A program made the position numbers and the translations under genes. The notes below the pieces were generated by a model. That model searched no databases. It was not told where the DNA came from and saw only the letters and a program-made list of their open reading frames with translations. A stretch of 64,000 nucleotides of DNA from Mobula hypostoma (Eukaryota). Positions 38,448 to 51,892 of this stretch are shown here, in pieces. Within the stretch, counting starts at the first letter, position 1. The number at the start of each line of letters is the position of its first letter. The DNA lies in the NCBI RefSeq assembly GCF_963921235.1, contig NC_086098.1, positions 7,006,001 through 7,070,000 of the forward strand. Direction: 5' to 3'.

Positions 38448-39274
38448 ATTCAATCCTGGAATCATTTTATGGAACCTCCATTTGGGAACCTCTCAAGTTT
38501 CAGCACATCCTTTCTAATATAAAGAGCCCAAAACTGCTCACAATACTCCAAGTGAGGCCTCACCAGTGCTTTATAAAGTTTCAACATTACGTCCTTGCTT
38601 TTATAGTCTAGTCCTCTTCAAATGAATGCTAACTTTGCATTTGTGGGTGTGTTTTTCCCCAACAAATGTCACACTCTTGACAGAGTTTTAATACTGTCAG
38701 AATTTTAATGCTGTCTTTTTTATTGGAAAGTGAGTCCAAGAAACCCCGAAACAGCGACTGTTTCATTAATGCTTCCATTAATGCTGCCTGAGCGCCTGAG
38801 TTCCTCCTGCATTTTGTGTGTGTTGCTCTGGATTTCCCGCATCTGCAGAATCTCCTGGGTTTGAAAGAACAGGCTCGGTTCATTCCAGCAAGGCAAAATT
38901 TCTCACTTTATACTGTGGCTGTTGTTCTATACTTTATACTTTATTGTCGCCAAACAATTGATACTAGAGCGTACAATCATCACAGCGATATTTGATTCTG
39001 CACTTCACGCTTCCTGGAGTACAAATTTACCTCTTAAATCACCTCTTAAATTTTGTTTCTTGAATTATGTCTATTCCAGTTTTCTATTTAAAAAATTATT
39101 CCCAGGGGAACCACTAACATTATTATGGGGTTTTATTTTGTCATTAAGTGCACATGGCCAGAATTGATTAAAAATAAACTTGCTTCTGGTGTATGTTGCT
39201 CTTTGATTTGGATAGGGAACAAGTGATTGTCAAAATTCACATACAAGCTTAGATTTTAAATAATTGAGGAAATA

Positions 39275-40007
39275 CAGTGAATTCCGTTTAGTTGGGCCAT
39301 CGGTTAGTCAGAGAAGCTGCTTGCTTGGGACAAATCTTGAAAAACAAAAACTAATCGAGAAAATTGCCGTTGATTCTCTATGTTTCTTTGTGAGACCATG
39401 CTGCCTAATTGAGGCAGGAGACTGTTGCCAAACAAGTTCTAACTAGCGTCGGTCACGGGCACTTGTATGGCCTTCAGACGCTACAACGTGCTTACGTCGA
39501 ACAGCTGTTAAATAACACCAGTTGTGTGTGTTTTTATTCAAAAAGCAATAGTTTTTCTCACTGATAGTCGGCAAGAAATAAGCAGTAAGACAAATCCAAA
39601 CTGTTTTCTCACTGCGGTTCAAACATTCAGGCTTGGAGTTGCCAGTAATGGCCAGGATTTCACTACTTCAACAAGTTAAACTACAAAGAATTTGGAGGTA
39701 TCGACAGTTTCCTTGAATATTACAATAAAAATGAAAATTTGGAGGATGCAGCATTGTATGAAGGCAATCAGTGACAGCACTGATTTTGTTCATTGAGTAC
39801 ACTGGATGAATTTCTGTCGATAACTATAATAGTTTTACTACAGTACTATTGGTAGTGTTCTCATTTGTTCTGTATATCATTTAAATACAGTATTTATTTC
39901 TGTTTTTGTCTTTTTTATATCATTTTAACTATTTCCATGAAACATTGGCTGATTGGGTTAGCCGCTTAATTGGGCCAAAATATGTCCCGATTAACTGGAA
40001 TCCATTC
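39275..40007. mobile_element. Probable Tigger-type non-autonomous DNA element
   Basis: TA|CAGTGAATTCCGTTTAGTTGGG at left and CCCGATTAACTGGAATCCATTC at right (degenerate inverted repeat). Confidence 0.55.
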
Positions 40008-41539
40008 TTTATTTTGTAAATTAAAATATCACGGTGAATGTCATTCCTGTCTGGGGATAATATTGAATTTTTCTGGAAAAATAATGCTTTATTAGCTTCT
40101 CTTTCCATCTTTTCTTCTTTTTCTCCATCCTTCTCTGGACATATTGGGTTAAATGAGTACACCTTCATTCTGTCTGCCACAAAAGACATGGCCCCCTCCA
40201 TTGTAATTCCACTTCCCATTCCCAGTACAACATGGCCTCCTCTACTGCCAAAACGTCGACTGTTTATTCATTTCCATAGGTGTTGCCTGACCTGCTGATT
40301 TCATCCAGTGTTTTGTGTATGTTGCTCTGGATTTCCAGCATCTGCAGAAACTCTTGTAGAAGTAAATGCTATTCTTTGCATAGTATTGTAACCAAACATG
40401 TGAGCAATTTAGAATAATTATACAGCATTATAATTCATTCACTTTAAACATCTGTTATAACAAAGCACATAATTAGTATTTAATGAATACAATATCTAAT
40501 TTTATTTCTTGAAATAATTGCATGTGTACTTGGAAGAAGGTTGGTGAACGATTGTATTAGCAATACCTAGATAGAATTCAATTGAAGCCCAAAAGGCCAG
40601 GGTGCACGGTAGTGTAACGGTTAGCACTTTGTCTTACAGGGCCATTAATCATCGATCTAGGATCAATTCCCACCGCTTTCTGTTAAGAGTCTGTACGATT
40701 TCCTCGTGACTGCATGGATTTCATCTGAGTGTTCCAGTTTCCTCGCGTATGTGGTAGAGCCATAGAAAAATACAGCAGAGAAACAGGTCCTTTGGCCCAT
40801 CCAGCCAATGCTGATCCTGTACCTGGACCATAGCCCTCCATACCCTCTACTATCCATGTACATCCAAACTTCTCTTAAACTTTGCATGCACCACTTGTGC
40901 TAGCGGTTTGTCCCACAATCTCACAACCCACTGAGTTGTGGGAACTCCTCCTGTTCCCCTTGAACTTTTCACATTTCACCCGTAAGCAGTGTCCTCTGGT
41001 TGTAGTCCCAACTGATCTCAGTGGAAAAAGTCTGCTTGCAGTTACCCTATTTACACCCCTCATAATTTTGTATGCCTCTGTCAAATACCCTCACAATCTT
41101 CCATCTTCCAGGGAATAAAATCCGAACCCATTCAATCTTTGAGGCAGGAGATTGGGGTGAAGAAGAAAAATGGATCAGCCATGATGAAATGGTGGAGCAG
41201 ACTCGATGGGCCAAATGGCCTAATTCTATTCCTATATGTTATGGTCTTTCCTTATAACTCAGATCCTCCAGTCCCGGCAACATCCTTGTAAATTTTCTCT
41301 GTACCCTTTCAAGCATATTTACATCTTCCCTGTAGTTGGGCGACCAAAGCTAAAGGTTTGAGTCCTGACGAATTTTTCCTGCCCGAAACGTTGACTGATC
41401 ATTTCCACGGATGCTGCCTGTCCTGCTGAGTTCCTCCAACGTGTTGTGAGGTTTTGGGAGTTGTGGGCCTGCTATGTTGGTGCTGGAAGTGTGACAATAC
41501 TTACAGACTGCCCAGCCCAATCCTCAGTGGTTTGATTTT

Positions 41540-42222
41540 AGATTATGAGAACACTCAGTCCTCTTTTATTGTCATTTAGAAATGCATACATACATTAAGA
41601 AATGATACAATGTTTCTCCAGAATGATATCACAGAAAACAAGACAGACCAAAGACTAACACTGACAGAACCACATAATTATAACATATAGTCACAGCAGT
41701 GCAAAGCAATACCATAGTTTGATGAAGAACAAACCATGGGCACGGTAAATAAAGTCTCAAAAGTCCCCGAGTTGATCGACTCCCGAGTCCCCGATAGCGG
41801 CGGCAAAAGGGAGAAACTCCCTGCCATAAACCTTCAGGCATCGTCAACTTGCCGATACCTTGGAAGCAGCCGACCCCAGCTGACCCTGAGTCCATCCGTC
41901 CGAAAACTCCGAGCTTCCGACCAGCCTCTCCGATACAGCCTCCCGGGCGCCATCCTCTGCCGAGCGCCTTCGACCTCGCCCCAGCCGCTGAAACACGCAA
42001 AGCCGAGGATTTCGGGGCCTTCTGCTCTGGAGGTTCCGGTTACCACACAGTAGCAGCGGCAGCGAAGCGGGCATTTCAGAAGTTTTCCAGATGTTCCTCC
42101 GTACTCTCACCTCTCACGTCTGTCTCCATCAAATCAGGATTGTGCACGGCACCCTACTTGACAGATAACAGACATCACCACTGAAGTGGCCGCGCGCACT
42201 GCCATCTTCTCCTCCTCCATCT
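41540..42222 (-). mobile_element. CpG-rich non-autonomous retroelement inserted in a SINE
   Basis: Minus-strand 5' end GAGGAGGAGAAGATGGCAGTGCGCGCGG and 3' end ATGACAATAAAAGAGG; TTTGAT on both flanks; the host SINE resumes at about 42228. Confidence 0.6.
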
Positions 42223-43514
42223 CCGTCTTTGATGCAAACGACGGATTTCACTGTATGTTTTGATGTTTCAATGTACATGTGACAAATAAAGTGAATCTTT
42301 AAATGTACATTTAGAAAGGCTTTGTGTTAATGCAAAATTCTACACCCAACTGATTCCATGAGACATTTAAATGGATCCTCATTCCTTTCTTCTGGGCAGC
42401 ATGGTAGTATAGTCGTTAATACAATTAATTTACAGCACAGCGGTCACAGATGGGGTTCAATTCCCGCCGCTGTCTGTAAGGCGATTGTAAGTTCTCCCTG
42501 TGCCTGTGTAGGTTTCCTTTGAGTTTCCTCCCACATTCCAAAGACATACAGTCAGGGTTAGTTGGTTGTGGACCTGTCGTGTTAGTGCTGAAACAGTGGC
42601 AGGACCTGCAGGCTCTACCTAGTGCATCGCATATGACGCAAATGATGCATTTCACTGTACTTTTGATGTAGGTATGAGAAATGAAGCCGATTTTTAAACA
42701 CAACTTTTGAAAGGTTTTCATTTTAAACAGAATTCTACTGTTCTAATTTTATGAAACATTTAAAAGGGTCTGAGATTCCATCTGGTCTCTTCGTTCCTCC
42801 TCCCTCCAAAGTTCAAAGTACTTTTATTATCAGGGGGAGATGAAGATTGTCTTGTCTTTTACAGGTGTTGCTGGTTTCCCACAAGAGATAGACCCCTGGT
42901 TTTCAAGCCTCTGAACTTGGTGTGCACAAGATCTCCTTTTTACACCACCATCCCCAAACGAATCTGAGCCATACTGGTCTAGGGCACTTCAGAAATTCCA
43001 TCTGAAGGATGAGTGGCTATCGTGCACATTTCTCATTTGCCACAGACGTGTTTCCATTACAATTACAATCACTTCAGAAAGTTAAGAAAGCATTATTAGA
43101 ATGAGCAGTAAAAACAAATGGCTGTTGGGCACTTTTGAGATGCAGATTTATTTGTGCAGAGAAAAAAAAACATATTTTGGAGCAACTATACTTTCCTCTT
43201 TACTATAACAATAATCTGCAGGTATCTTTCCACCTGAATTTAAATAAATTTGCATAATTTTCTCTCAAAACAGATCATTTTTATTTTGTGTTGCACTGAA
43301 TGAAACCATCTTCCGTATTTGCACTTTAATTTAAATTTCTATTATGGCTATAAACATTAACGAGCTCTGATTTGAATATTTATAAGTCCCAAATGAAAAT
43401 AATAGGAAGTGTTTTAATGGAACTGCAGAGATATGCGAATGATTGGTTTTGACATTTGATTTCAGTCTTGGAGGGAGTTTGCCTAATGCTTATTGACATT
43501 ACTTGTCCAAATAG

Positions 43515-43639
43515 CCCCCTCACAGGTTAGTGGTGTAATGAAGGATAGTGTGCAGCAGAGGACTGTCAATCTCTCCTGGAAGGAACCGGAGCATCCCAAT
43601 GGAGTCATCACTGAATATGAGATCAAGTACTATGAGAAG
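43515..43639 (+). CDS. epha7: Internal coding exon of an EphA receptor (EphA7-like); N-terminal half of the second FN3 domain (equivalent to exon 6)
   Basis: AG acceptor at 43513-43514 and GTGAGA donor at 43640; 125 nt, phase 1 to 0. Translates (A)PSQVSGVMKDSVQQRTVNLSWKEPEHPNGVITEYEIKYYEK, which matches EphA7 FN3-2 as I recall it (APSQVSGVMK...SW.EPEHPNGVITEYEIKYYEK). Orthologue versus close paralogue is not proven. Confidence 0.93.
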
Positions 43640-43732
43640 GTGAGAACTGCACAAACATGTAAATATCTACACCCGCCTCGACTGATCCTTCATCAACCAC
43701 AAAACAGATTCCAGTTGCAACAAAAATTTGCT

Positions 43733-44135
43733 TTATTTGTTTGTTTATTTGTTTAACTATTATCAATCTATCTGTCTGTCTACCTGTCTATCTATCCATT
43801 TATCTATCTATCTGTCTGTCTATCTATATATCTCTCTGTCTGTCTATGTCTGTCTATCTGTCTCCCTATCTATATATCTGTCTGCCTATCTACCTATTAA
43901 GTTATCTGTCTACCAGTCTATCGTTCAGTCTATCAATCTACCTAACTATCTATCTGTTTGTCTGTCTATCTATCGATCAATCAGACTTTCTATCTGTCAG
44001 TCTATCTATTGATCAATCAGTCTTTCTATCTGTCAGTCTATCTACCTGTCTATCTGTATCTATCGATCTATTTATTTATCTGAATATCTATCTATCAAGC
44101 TGTCTGTCTGTCCATCTATTTATTTATTTATTTAT
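43733..44135. repeat. Degenerate (TCTA/TCTG)n microsatellite
   Basis: About 400 bp of tetranucleotide repeat starting under 100 nt after the exon donor. Confidence 0.95.
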
Positions 44136-47077
44136 ATAGCTGGCTAGCAACGCAGCAAAGATTAGGCCCTTCTGGCTGTTTGAGCCACGCTGCCCTAGCA
44201 ACCCAATTCAACCCTAACACAATCACAGGATGATTTACAATGGGCAAGTAACCTACCCAGTTCCTCTTGGGACTGTTGGAGGGCCGGAGAAAACCTACGC
44301 ATTCTATGGGGAGGACGTACAGAGACATCTTGCAGAGTGGCGCCAGACTTGAACTTTGAACTCTGGAACACTCCGAGCTGTAATAATGTCGTGCTAAGCG
44401 CTACACCCTCATGGCACCCATTTTGTTTAGTGATTAGCATTTTATTGGGTAGCTTCTGGACTGCCTTTGACCAGAAACCTCTCCCTGATGATGAAAGCGT
44501 TAACTAATGAGGAGTGTTTGATGACTCTGGGCTCGTACTAACTGGAGTTTAGAAGAATGGGCGGGGGGGGTGCAGATGTCATTGAAGTCTGTTGAATATC
44601 ACAAGACACAGAGGAGGTGCAGCAGATGTTTACAATAGTGGTTGAGTCTTAGTCCAGAGGACACGTCCTCAGAATAAAAGGATGTCCCATTAGAACAGGG
44701 ATGAGAAGAAGGTGGTAACTCTGAGGAATTAATTGCTATAGTTGGCTGTGGAAGCCAAGTCATTAGGTATATTTAAAGCAGAGGTTGATAGCTTCTTGAT
44801 TGTCAAAGGTTATGGGAGAAGGCAGGAGAATAGGGTTGAGAGGGAAAATAAATCTGCCATGAGGGAATGCCAGAGCAAACTCAATGGGCGGAATGCTCCA
44901 ATTCTGCTCCAATGTCTTATGGTCCTATGGAAATGATTTGCTTGTATTTAGAGCCCGGAATGGGACATTGTCGTTGTGGCAATTCAACCCTTTATAACCC
45001 AGAGTGATTGTCAATGCACAATATTATATCTATGGCCTTTGACTTCAAAACTAAGGTGGATTTGATGGAAAATGGGTAATTAAGAAGTGGGCCGCAGGAC
45101 CATGGTTTGAAGTTCTAAAGGGATATCTACGTCAGGAGGGAATCCATATTGAGAAAGATGCTGACTTTGTTCAGGCTGATAGAATTAAAATACAAGCAGT
45201 ACAAGCAACATCTGTTTCTTCACGGTGGTGGTGGCCAACACTGGAGGAGATCTGTTTGATGTTAAATGGAGGAAAGTTTAGGCCAGATGTCAGAGGTAGT
45301 TTTTTATACAGAGAGTAGCGGATGCCTGGAATGCACTGCTGGAAATGGTGATTAGAATCTGATACAAATGAGTGGCGTGGTAGCCTAGTGCTTATCAAAA
45401 CACTTTTTAGTACCAGTAACCTGGGTTCAATTCCCACCACTGCCTGTAAGGAGCTTGTATGTTTTTCCCATGACTGTGTGGGTTTTCTCCAGGTGCTCTG
45501 ATTTCCTCCCACAGTCCAAAGACATACCAGTTGGTAGGTTAATTGGTCATTGTAAATTGTTCCTTAATTAGGCTAAGATTAAATCAGGGGATTGCTGTGT
45601 GGTGCACCTCGAAGGGCCTGTTCCGCGCCATATGTCAATAAATAAATAAATAAACAAACAAACAAACAATAGGGATGCTTAAAAGACTCCTAGATAGGCA
45701 TATGTGGACATAAGAGAAAAATGGAGGGTTATGGGCCATGTAGGAGGGAAGGATTGAATGATGCGGAGCACGTTAGAGGTTGGCACAACATTGTGGGCTG
45801 AAGGGCCTGTACTGTGCTGTAATCTTCCTGTTCTGTGGTACCAGAAAGGAAGAAAGGAATGGGAAAAACAGAAAATGATCCACAGTGCCGAGTGAGGGAG
45901 GATGGAAAAGTGCAATCATTGATGTCAAAGAGAGTGTAGTCGGTGATATTGTCTGCTGATGGACACTGGAAAGAATTAGATTCACAGTTATTGGGAAAGG
46001 TGTGGGGCATTTTTTTTCAAGAGTAGATAGAGCATCTTTAAAGAGCAAGAAGATCGCTACAGGCATTGGGCTCTTGAAATGTTGTTAGTTGAGCGGTGAC
46101 TTTGAGGGATCGCTTGACGTGAATCCCAAAATATATCATATCTCTTCATCTTCTGAGACAATGATATTTTTTACAAATATTCCCCTTAGTTAAGTCATTC
46201 AATTATGATGCAGCTTCTCTCCCCTTACTCTCCCCCTAAGATTTCATTCGATACTGTACATCTCTCCCAAACCTATCTCTGACACAATTCTGAACCACAG
46301 CACTGTTCAGGAGCCTGATGATTGAAGGGTGATAACTGTTCCTGAATCTGAAGGTGTGGGACCTAAGGCTCCTGTACCTCCTGCCCAATGGTATTAATGA
46401 GAAGAGGAACCCAGTTTTACAGCAGGAGAAAGAGCCTTGCTTATCACTCGTTTATGGGAAAAATAGAGGCATATCATCATTACTTTTTTTGTTTCTGATT
46501 AAAAACAAAGGAAGATACTTTTCCAAAATGATGGTGAGATATCATCACATTTTTCAAAAGTTTTTTTATGCTACACAAGGTGATTTGATATGGCAATGTA
46601 GGAGGGAAGGGTTAAATTGATCTTAGGGTAGGTTAAAAGGTCGGCACAACATTGTGGGCTGAAAGGCCTGTACTGTGCAGTAATGTTATTTGTTCTATAA
46701 TGACATTGCTAAATTCAGCACCATCCGAGAATTCACCCATCGGCAGGTAGAGGACCTACTATGTACTGACTCTTCATTTTGTCTTTGCCTCTACTCGCAA
46801 AGGAAGATATCATCAATAATACTTGATCTGCTGGCATTGGAGAGGATCCAGAGGAGGTTCACATGAATGATTCTGGGAATGAAAGGGTAAAGGTACAAAG
46901 AGCTTTAGAAGGCTCTGGGTCTTTCCTCACTGGAGGGTCAGAAGAAGGGCAGGGTTGGGGGGGGGGGTGCTCATTGAAACATTTTGAATATTGGAAGGCC
47001 TACATCTAGTAGATGTGGAGAGGATGTTTCCTACAGTTGGGGAGTCTAGAACCAGAGCACCCAACCTCAGAACAAAG

Positions 47078-47156
47078 CAGGGACCCCCACCTTTTTTAAG
47101 CCATAGACCCCTACCATTAATCAAGGGCTCTGTAGACCCCAGAATGGGAATCCCTG
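47078..47156. mobile_element. About 80-bp hAT-type MITE in an old CR1 fragment
   Basis: CAGGGACCCCCA...TGGGAATCCCTG; same family at 13004, about 26937, 54530-54610 and 60142-60222. Confidence 0.65.
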
Positions 47157-48715
47157 GAATATGTCCATTTAGAACAGAGATGGGGGGGGGGGGGATTTCT
47201 TTAGCTGGAGTGTAGTGAATCTGTGGAATTCGTTGCCACAGGCAGCTGTGGAGGCTGATTCATTGGGTATTTTTAAAGCAGAGGTGTGATAGGTTCTTGA
47301 TTAGTCAGCACGTCAAAGGTTACTGGAAGAAAGCAGGGGAAATGGGGTTGATAAGGAAAATAAATCAGCCATGATGAAATTGCAGAGCAGACTCGATGGG
47401 GAAAATGGCCTAAATCTGCTCCTGTGTCTTGTGATCCAGTAATCAATTGGCTCTGTAGATCTCCAGATCTAAAAGCAGAGCAGATTCATGCCACTATAAT
47501 GGAAAGAATGTCCTTGTCATAACATAATGGCTGTTCGGGCAGTATCAGTAGCACCATAACCACGGTCCCAAACATTGACGTTAACTAATCAGATTAAATT
47601 CACAGGTCGTTCTCAATATACCAATTACAAAACCCCAGAGATTAATTCACCGGACTGCTCATGCTCCCGCTGCATCAGTAAATGGCTTCTCGATGCTAAG
47701 TGGAAGACATTTTCTCTGAAGCTAGTTCTGCCGCGCAGATGAAGTGATCAAAATGAATTAGTGCTGGAACAAAATACTGGATCCAAAATCTGTGTGCATT
47801 AAACAGAGACCACGTGAAAGCTGAGTTCTTCCTTTCGAGAGATTTAATCTGAACAAAGATGAAAGTATTAAAATAATAGGCCAAAATAAGCTTTAAAAAG
47901 CCTCTTTTAACAAGATGGGATATGACTAGATAGAATATAATAGGTTCCCATGGGTAAGTTACAAAACTATAATTCAATCAAGAGGTTCAGGTGATGCCAT
48001 AAGCTGCATGATCGAAGCTCTTGTGGTCGGTGGATATTATTTGAATCCTTCAATTGAATAAACATCCTTTAACTTATTCCTGGAAATGTCATATACTATG
48101 ATACACCGGGAAAAATTACTTTTGGGAAATAAATTCCAATAATATAGAGTCATAGAGCATTACAGCACAGACACAGGCCCTTCAGGATATTGAAACGGTG
48201 CCGAGCTGGTTCCCTGTCTAGACCCACCTACCTGAATCTTGACCATATCTCTCCTGCAGCCATGAACCTGTCCAAACTTCTCTTAAACATTACAACTGAA
48301 CTCACACCCACCGCTGGCTTGTTCTACATTCGCACCACCCTCTGAGTGAAAAAGTTTCCCCTCACCTTATACCCTGGAGGTTTGTGGAGGCTTGATCATC
48401 GGAGAGAATTGAAGAGCAGATGGATGCATTTTTATAGCACAGACTGTACAACATAGGGTCAGAAATGGGACACCACGGTAGCATAGGAGTTAGCATGACA
48501 CTGTTACATCTCAGAGCGCTCCAGACCTTGGTGCATACTTCAGAGTTGAAGATCTTCTGGCACGCTGTTGTGATCTGAGGCAGGGTTTGATGGAATAGGT
48601 TTACCAGGACTGATAACTGGAGAGAGGATCCTCCAGGGAATTTTGAAGCCAATGTCTGCAAGCAGAATCTGAGTCCACTGGAGGCTGGGGGCTGAAGGAA
48701 AAAGTTAGAGCACTG

Positions 48716-49050
48716 GGTAGTGGGATGGAGTTACTTCCTTTCCTCCACTAGCCTGCTGGTCACTCTTGGGCAGGGTGTAGCATCTGCTTAGCCCCCCCCC
48801 CTCCCCCGATCAGTGCCACGTGAAGCCCTGAGAGCAGGTGGTGGGTGATCATGTGAGCAGCTGGTGCACATCACAAGTCCTGGTTATGTGACCACTGACA
48901 CCAGGGAGACTATCTCTGAAGAATATTGATAATGGCTGGGGTTACCTGTCTGGTAAAGACACTGCCCAGAAGAAGGCAATGGCAAACCACCTTCTGTAGA
49001 AAAACTTGCCAAGAACAATCATGGTCATGGAAATACCATGATTACCCACG
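48716..49050 (+). mobile_element. Short interspersed element (about 350 bp, unclassified)
   Basis: Homologous over its whole length to 57021-57383; a minus-strand fragment lies at about 62606-62665. Confidence 0.75.
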
Positions 49051-49052
49051 TA

Positions 49053-49877
49053 ATAGAAACATAGAAACATAGAAAATAGGTGCAGGAGTAGGCCATTCGG
49101 CCCTTCGAGCCTGCACCGCCATTTATTATGATCATGGCTGATCATCCAACTCAGAACCCAGCCTTCCCTCCATACCCCCTGACCCCTGTAGCCACAAGGG
49201 CCATATCTAACTTCCTTTTAAACATAGCTAATGAACTGGCCTCAACAGTTTGCTGTGGCAGAGAATTCCACAGATTCACCACTCTCTGTGTGAAGAAGTT
49301 TTTCCTAACCTCGGTCCTAAAAGGCTTCCCCTCTATCCTCAAACTGTGACCCCTCGTTCTAGACCTCCCCAACATCGGGAACAATCTTCCCGCATCTAGC
49401 CTGTCCAATCCCTTTAGGATCTTATACGTTTCAATCAGATCCCCCCTCAATCTTCTAAATTCCAACGAGTACAAGCCCAGTTCATCCAGTCTTTCTTCAT
49501 ATGAAAGACCTGCCATCCCAGGAATCAATCTGGTGAACCTTCTTTGTACTCCCTCTATGGCAAAGATGTCTTTCCTCAGATTAGGGGACCAAAACTGCAC
49601 ACAATACTCCAGGTGTGGTCTCACCAAGGCCTTGTACAACTGCAGTAGTACCTCCCTGCTCCTGTACTCGAATCCTCTCGCTATAAATGCCAGCATACCG
49701 TTCGCCTTTTTCACCGCCTGCTGTACCTGCATGCCCACTTTCAATGACTGGTGTATAATGACACCCAGGTCTCGTTGCACCTCCCCTTTTCCTAATCGGC
49801 CACCATTCAGATAATAATCTGTTTTCCTATTTTTGCCACCAAAGTGGATAACTTCACATTTATCCACATTAAATTGC
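49053..49877 (-). mobile_element. Young CR1 3' fragment, nearly identical to 31412-32229
   Basis: The 238-aa ORF differs from the 546-aa ORF at one residue (KDIF versus KDIL); (CATAGAAA)n tail; TAAT on both flanks. Confidence 0.96.
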
Positions 49878-51723
49878 TAATCAGTAAACTTTAATCTTGA
49901 ATCTTGAATCAGGAACTGGTGGTGGTAGCTGGGTATAGGGGTGGAAATCAGACAGAACTGGCGTCAGGAAATCAAGCCTAAGAATTAGGAGAAGAACCAA
50001 GGATCGACTTTATCATTCTGTATGGTTACATGTATTAGGAATTTCCATTGGTCAGGTTGTGACATACAACAAACACAGCATTCAACAATTATAAAAATAA
50101 AGAATTATATAAAGATAGAATTAGAGGTTAAAGTATAGATATGGATAAATGTGTATAAATACAGATTGTAAGCACCAGCATGTATGTACAACATAAATAG
50201 CATTATAAAAAGCTGAAAGTGTTTTCAGTGCAGAGCAGTGACGGGGGTAACAGATAGAGGGGTTGGGGAAGGGCTAACTAAAATAATTAATCAGATTAAC
50301 TGCCTGGGGGAAAAAACTTTTAAGATAGCGTGAAGTTTTTGTTTTAATAGGTCTTTCCAGAAGGGAGATTTTGGAAAGGGCCGTTCGTAGGGTGGGTAGT
50401 GCTGCAATGATTTTCTTGCCCGCTTCTTTGTCCTGCACACATACAAGTCCCGCAGTGATGATAAACTCTTTTCTATTGACCTGACGGTTCTCTGTAGTTT
50501 TCATATACTGTGAGAGGATGCTGCAACAAACCAGACAGTCATGGCTGATGTGAGGATGCTCTCTATGATGGCAGTGGAGAATTGCACTGGGCTGTTCAGA
50601 GAAAGATGGGATTTTGCCAAATACTGCAAGAGGAACATCCTCTGCTGAGCTTTCTCGTTAATGAAGGAGGTACGGTTCTCCGAAGAGGTCTTGGTGAAAT
50701 TGGTATTAAAATGACGTAGAAATATTCATTGTCACATTCCAGTTTGGTAATCTATATTGATTTTCAATTACAACTGAATTTCTAAGCAATTATATGAATG
50801 TTGGCTTTGGAGAGGGTGCTGAAGAGGTTTACCAGGATGTTGCCTGGATTAGAGAGCACGTGCTATAATGAGAGGTGGGACAAAATCGCGTTGCTTTCTC
50901 TGGAGTGGTGAAGACTGAGGGACAATCCTGCAGAGGTTTATAAGATTATGTGAAGCATCGACAGAGTAGACAGACAATATCTTTTTCCAAGGGTTGATAT
51001 ATCTAATACCAGAGGGCATGGATTTAAGGTGAGAGATAGTCATTTCAAAGGAGATGTATGAAGCAAGTTTTTATTTATGTAGGGAGTGGCGGGTGCCTGG
51101 AATGAACTGTTTGGGGTGGTGGTAGAAGCAAATACAATAAAGAAGCAAGACAGAATTATGAATATGAGTAAAATGGCAGGATATGGACATTGTCAATTCA
51201 ATTCAAGTTCAATTATCATTTAACCATACATGAACACAGCCAACTGGGACAGCGTTACTACGGGGTCCAATTGCGAAGACATATTACCAAGCGACACACG
51301 GTAAGCACACACAAGGTCACAGTCACGTAAAAAGAGTCCTGATGCCCACACCTATCCCCTCACCACCCCCCCCCACCGCCGCAGAAAGGATTAGTTTAGT
51401 TGGCCAATTGATTATTAATTTAATTGGTTAAGCACAACATTGTGGGCCAAAGGACCTGTTCCTGTGCTGTACTCTTCTATGTTTTATGTTCTAAATGTGA
51501 TAATTCAGGAGAGGTGGGCGTTTCCCGGATATAACACAAAACATTCAAATATGAAAACCCTGTGCTGAGTTATAATCCAACATCAGTCACATTCTTTCAC
51601 AGTAGAATGAGCTTGTAGGTCAGTTCCTATGCTCTACTGTTCTGTGTTCTGTTTTCTATTGTAATAATTTTAAATACTTCCTCCCACATCATAATCTCAC
51701 TGCGGCCTTTATTTTTTTTTCAG

Positions 51724-51892
51724 AATCTAAAAGATCGCACTTACTCCACCGTAAAATCTACCTCAACCTCAACCACCATCAATAACTTGAAACCAGGCAC
51801 AGCCTATATATTCCAGATCCGCGCCTTTACCACTGCAGGTTATGGAAACTACAGCCCCAGGCTAGAAGTCTTAACCCTAGAAGAGACGACAG
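51724..51892 (+). CDS. epha7: Next coding exon of the same EphA receptor; C-terminal half of FN3-2 (equivalent to exon 7)
   Basis: Poly-T tract plus CAG acceptor (51721-51723) and GTAAGA donor at 51893; 169 nt, phase 0 to 1, in frame with the previous exon. Translates NLKDRTYSTVKSTSTSTTINNLKPGTAYIFQIRAFTTAGYGNYSPRLEVLTLEETT. Absent from the supplied ORF track. Confidence 0.93.

Larger units (their letters stand above)
35570..38640 (-). mobile_element. Old CR1 fragment hosting nested Rex1-like, Tigger and Penelope insertions
   Basis: CR1 sequence at 35570-35980 resumes at about 38237 (AAACGCTCTTCATATGAC) and again after 38461. Confidence 0.75.

Noticed and set aside
41360..41398. Second intact sense-strand hammerhead
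   Set aside because: Core CTGACGA/GAAAC and stem I are present, but stem II (ATTTTTCCTGCCC) cannot pair.
1..43514. Upstream Eph exon (first FN3 domain)
   Set aside because: No matching peptide found by eye or in the ORF track; the region appears to be one long intron, although a very short exon could be missed.
43493..43756. 87-aa ORF as a complete small gene
   Set aside because: Only 43515-43639 is Eph-like and bounded by splice sites; the rest is intron read-through.
43728..44139. Hydrophobic ORFs (YLSI repeats) as membrane proteins
   Set aside because: Translation of a TCTA/TCTG microsatellite.
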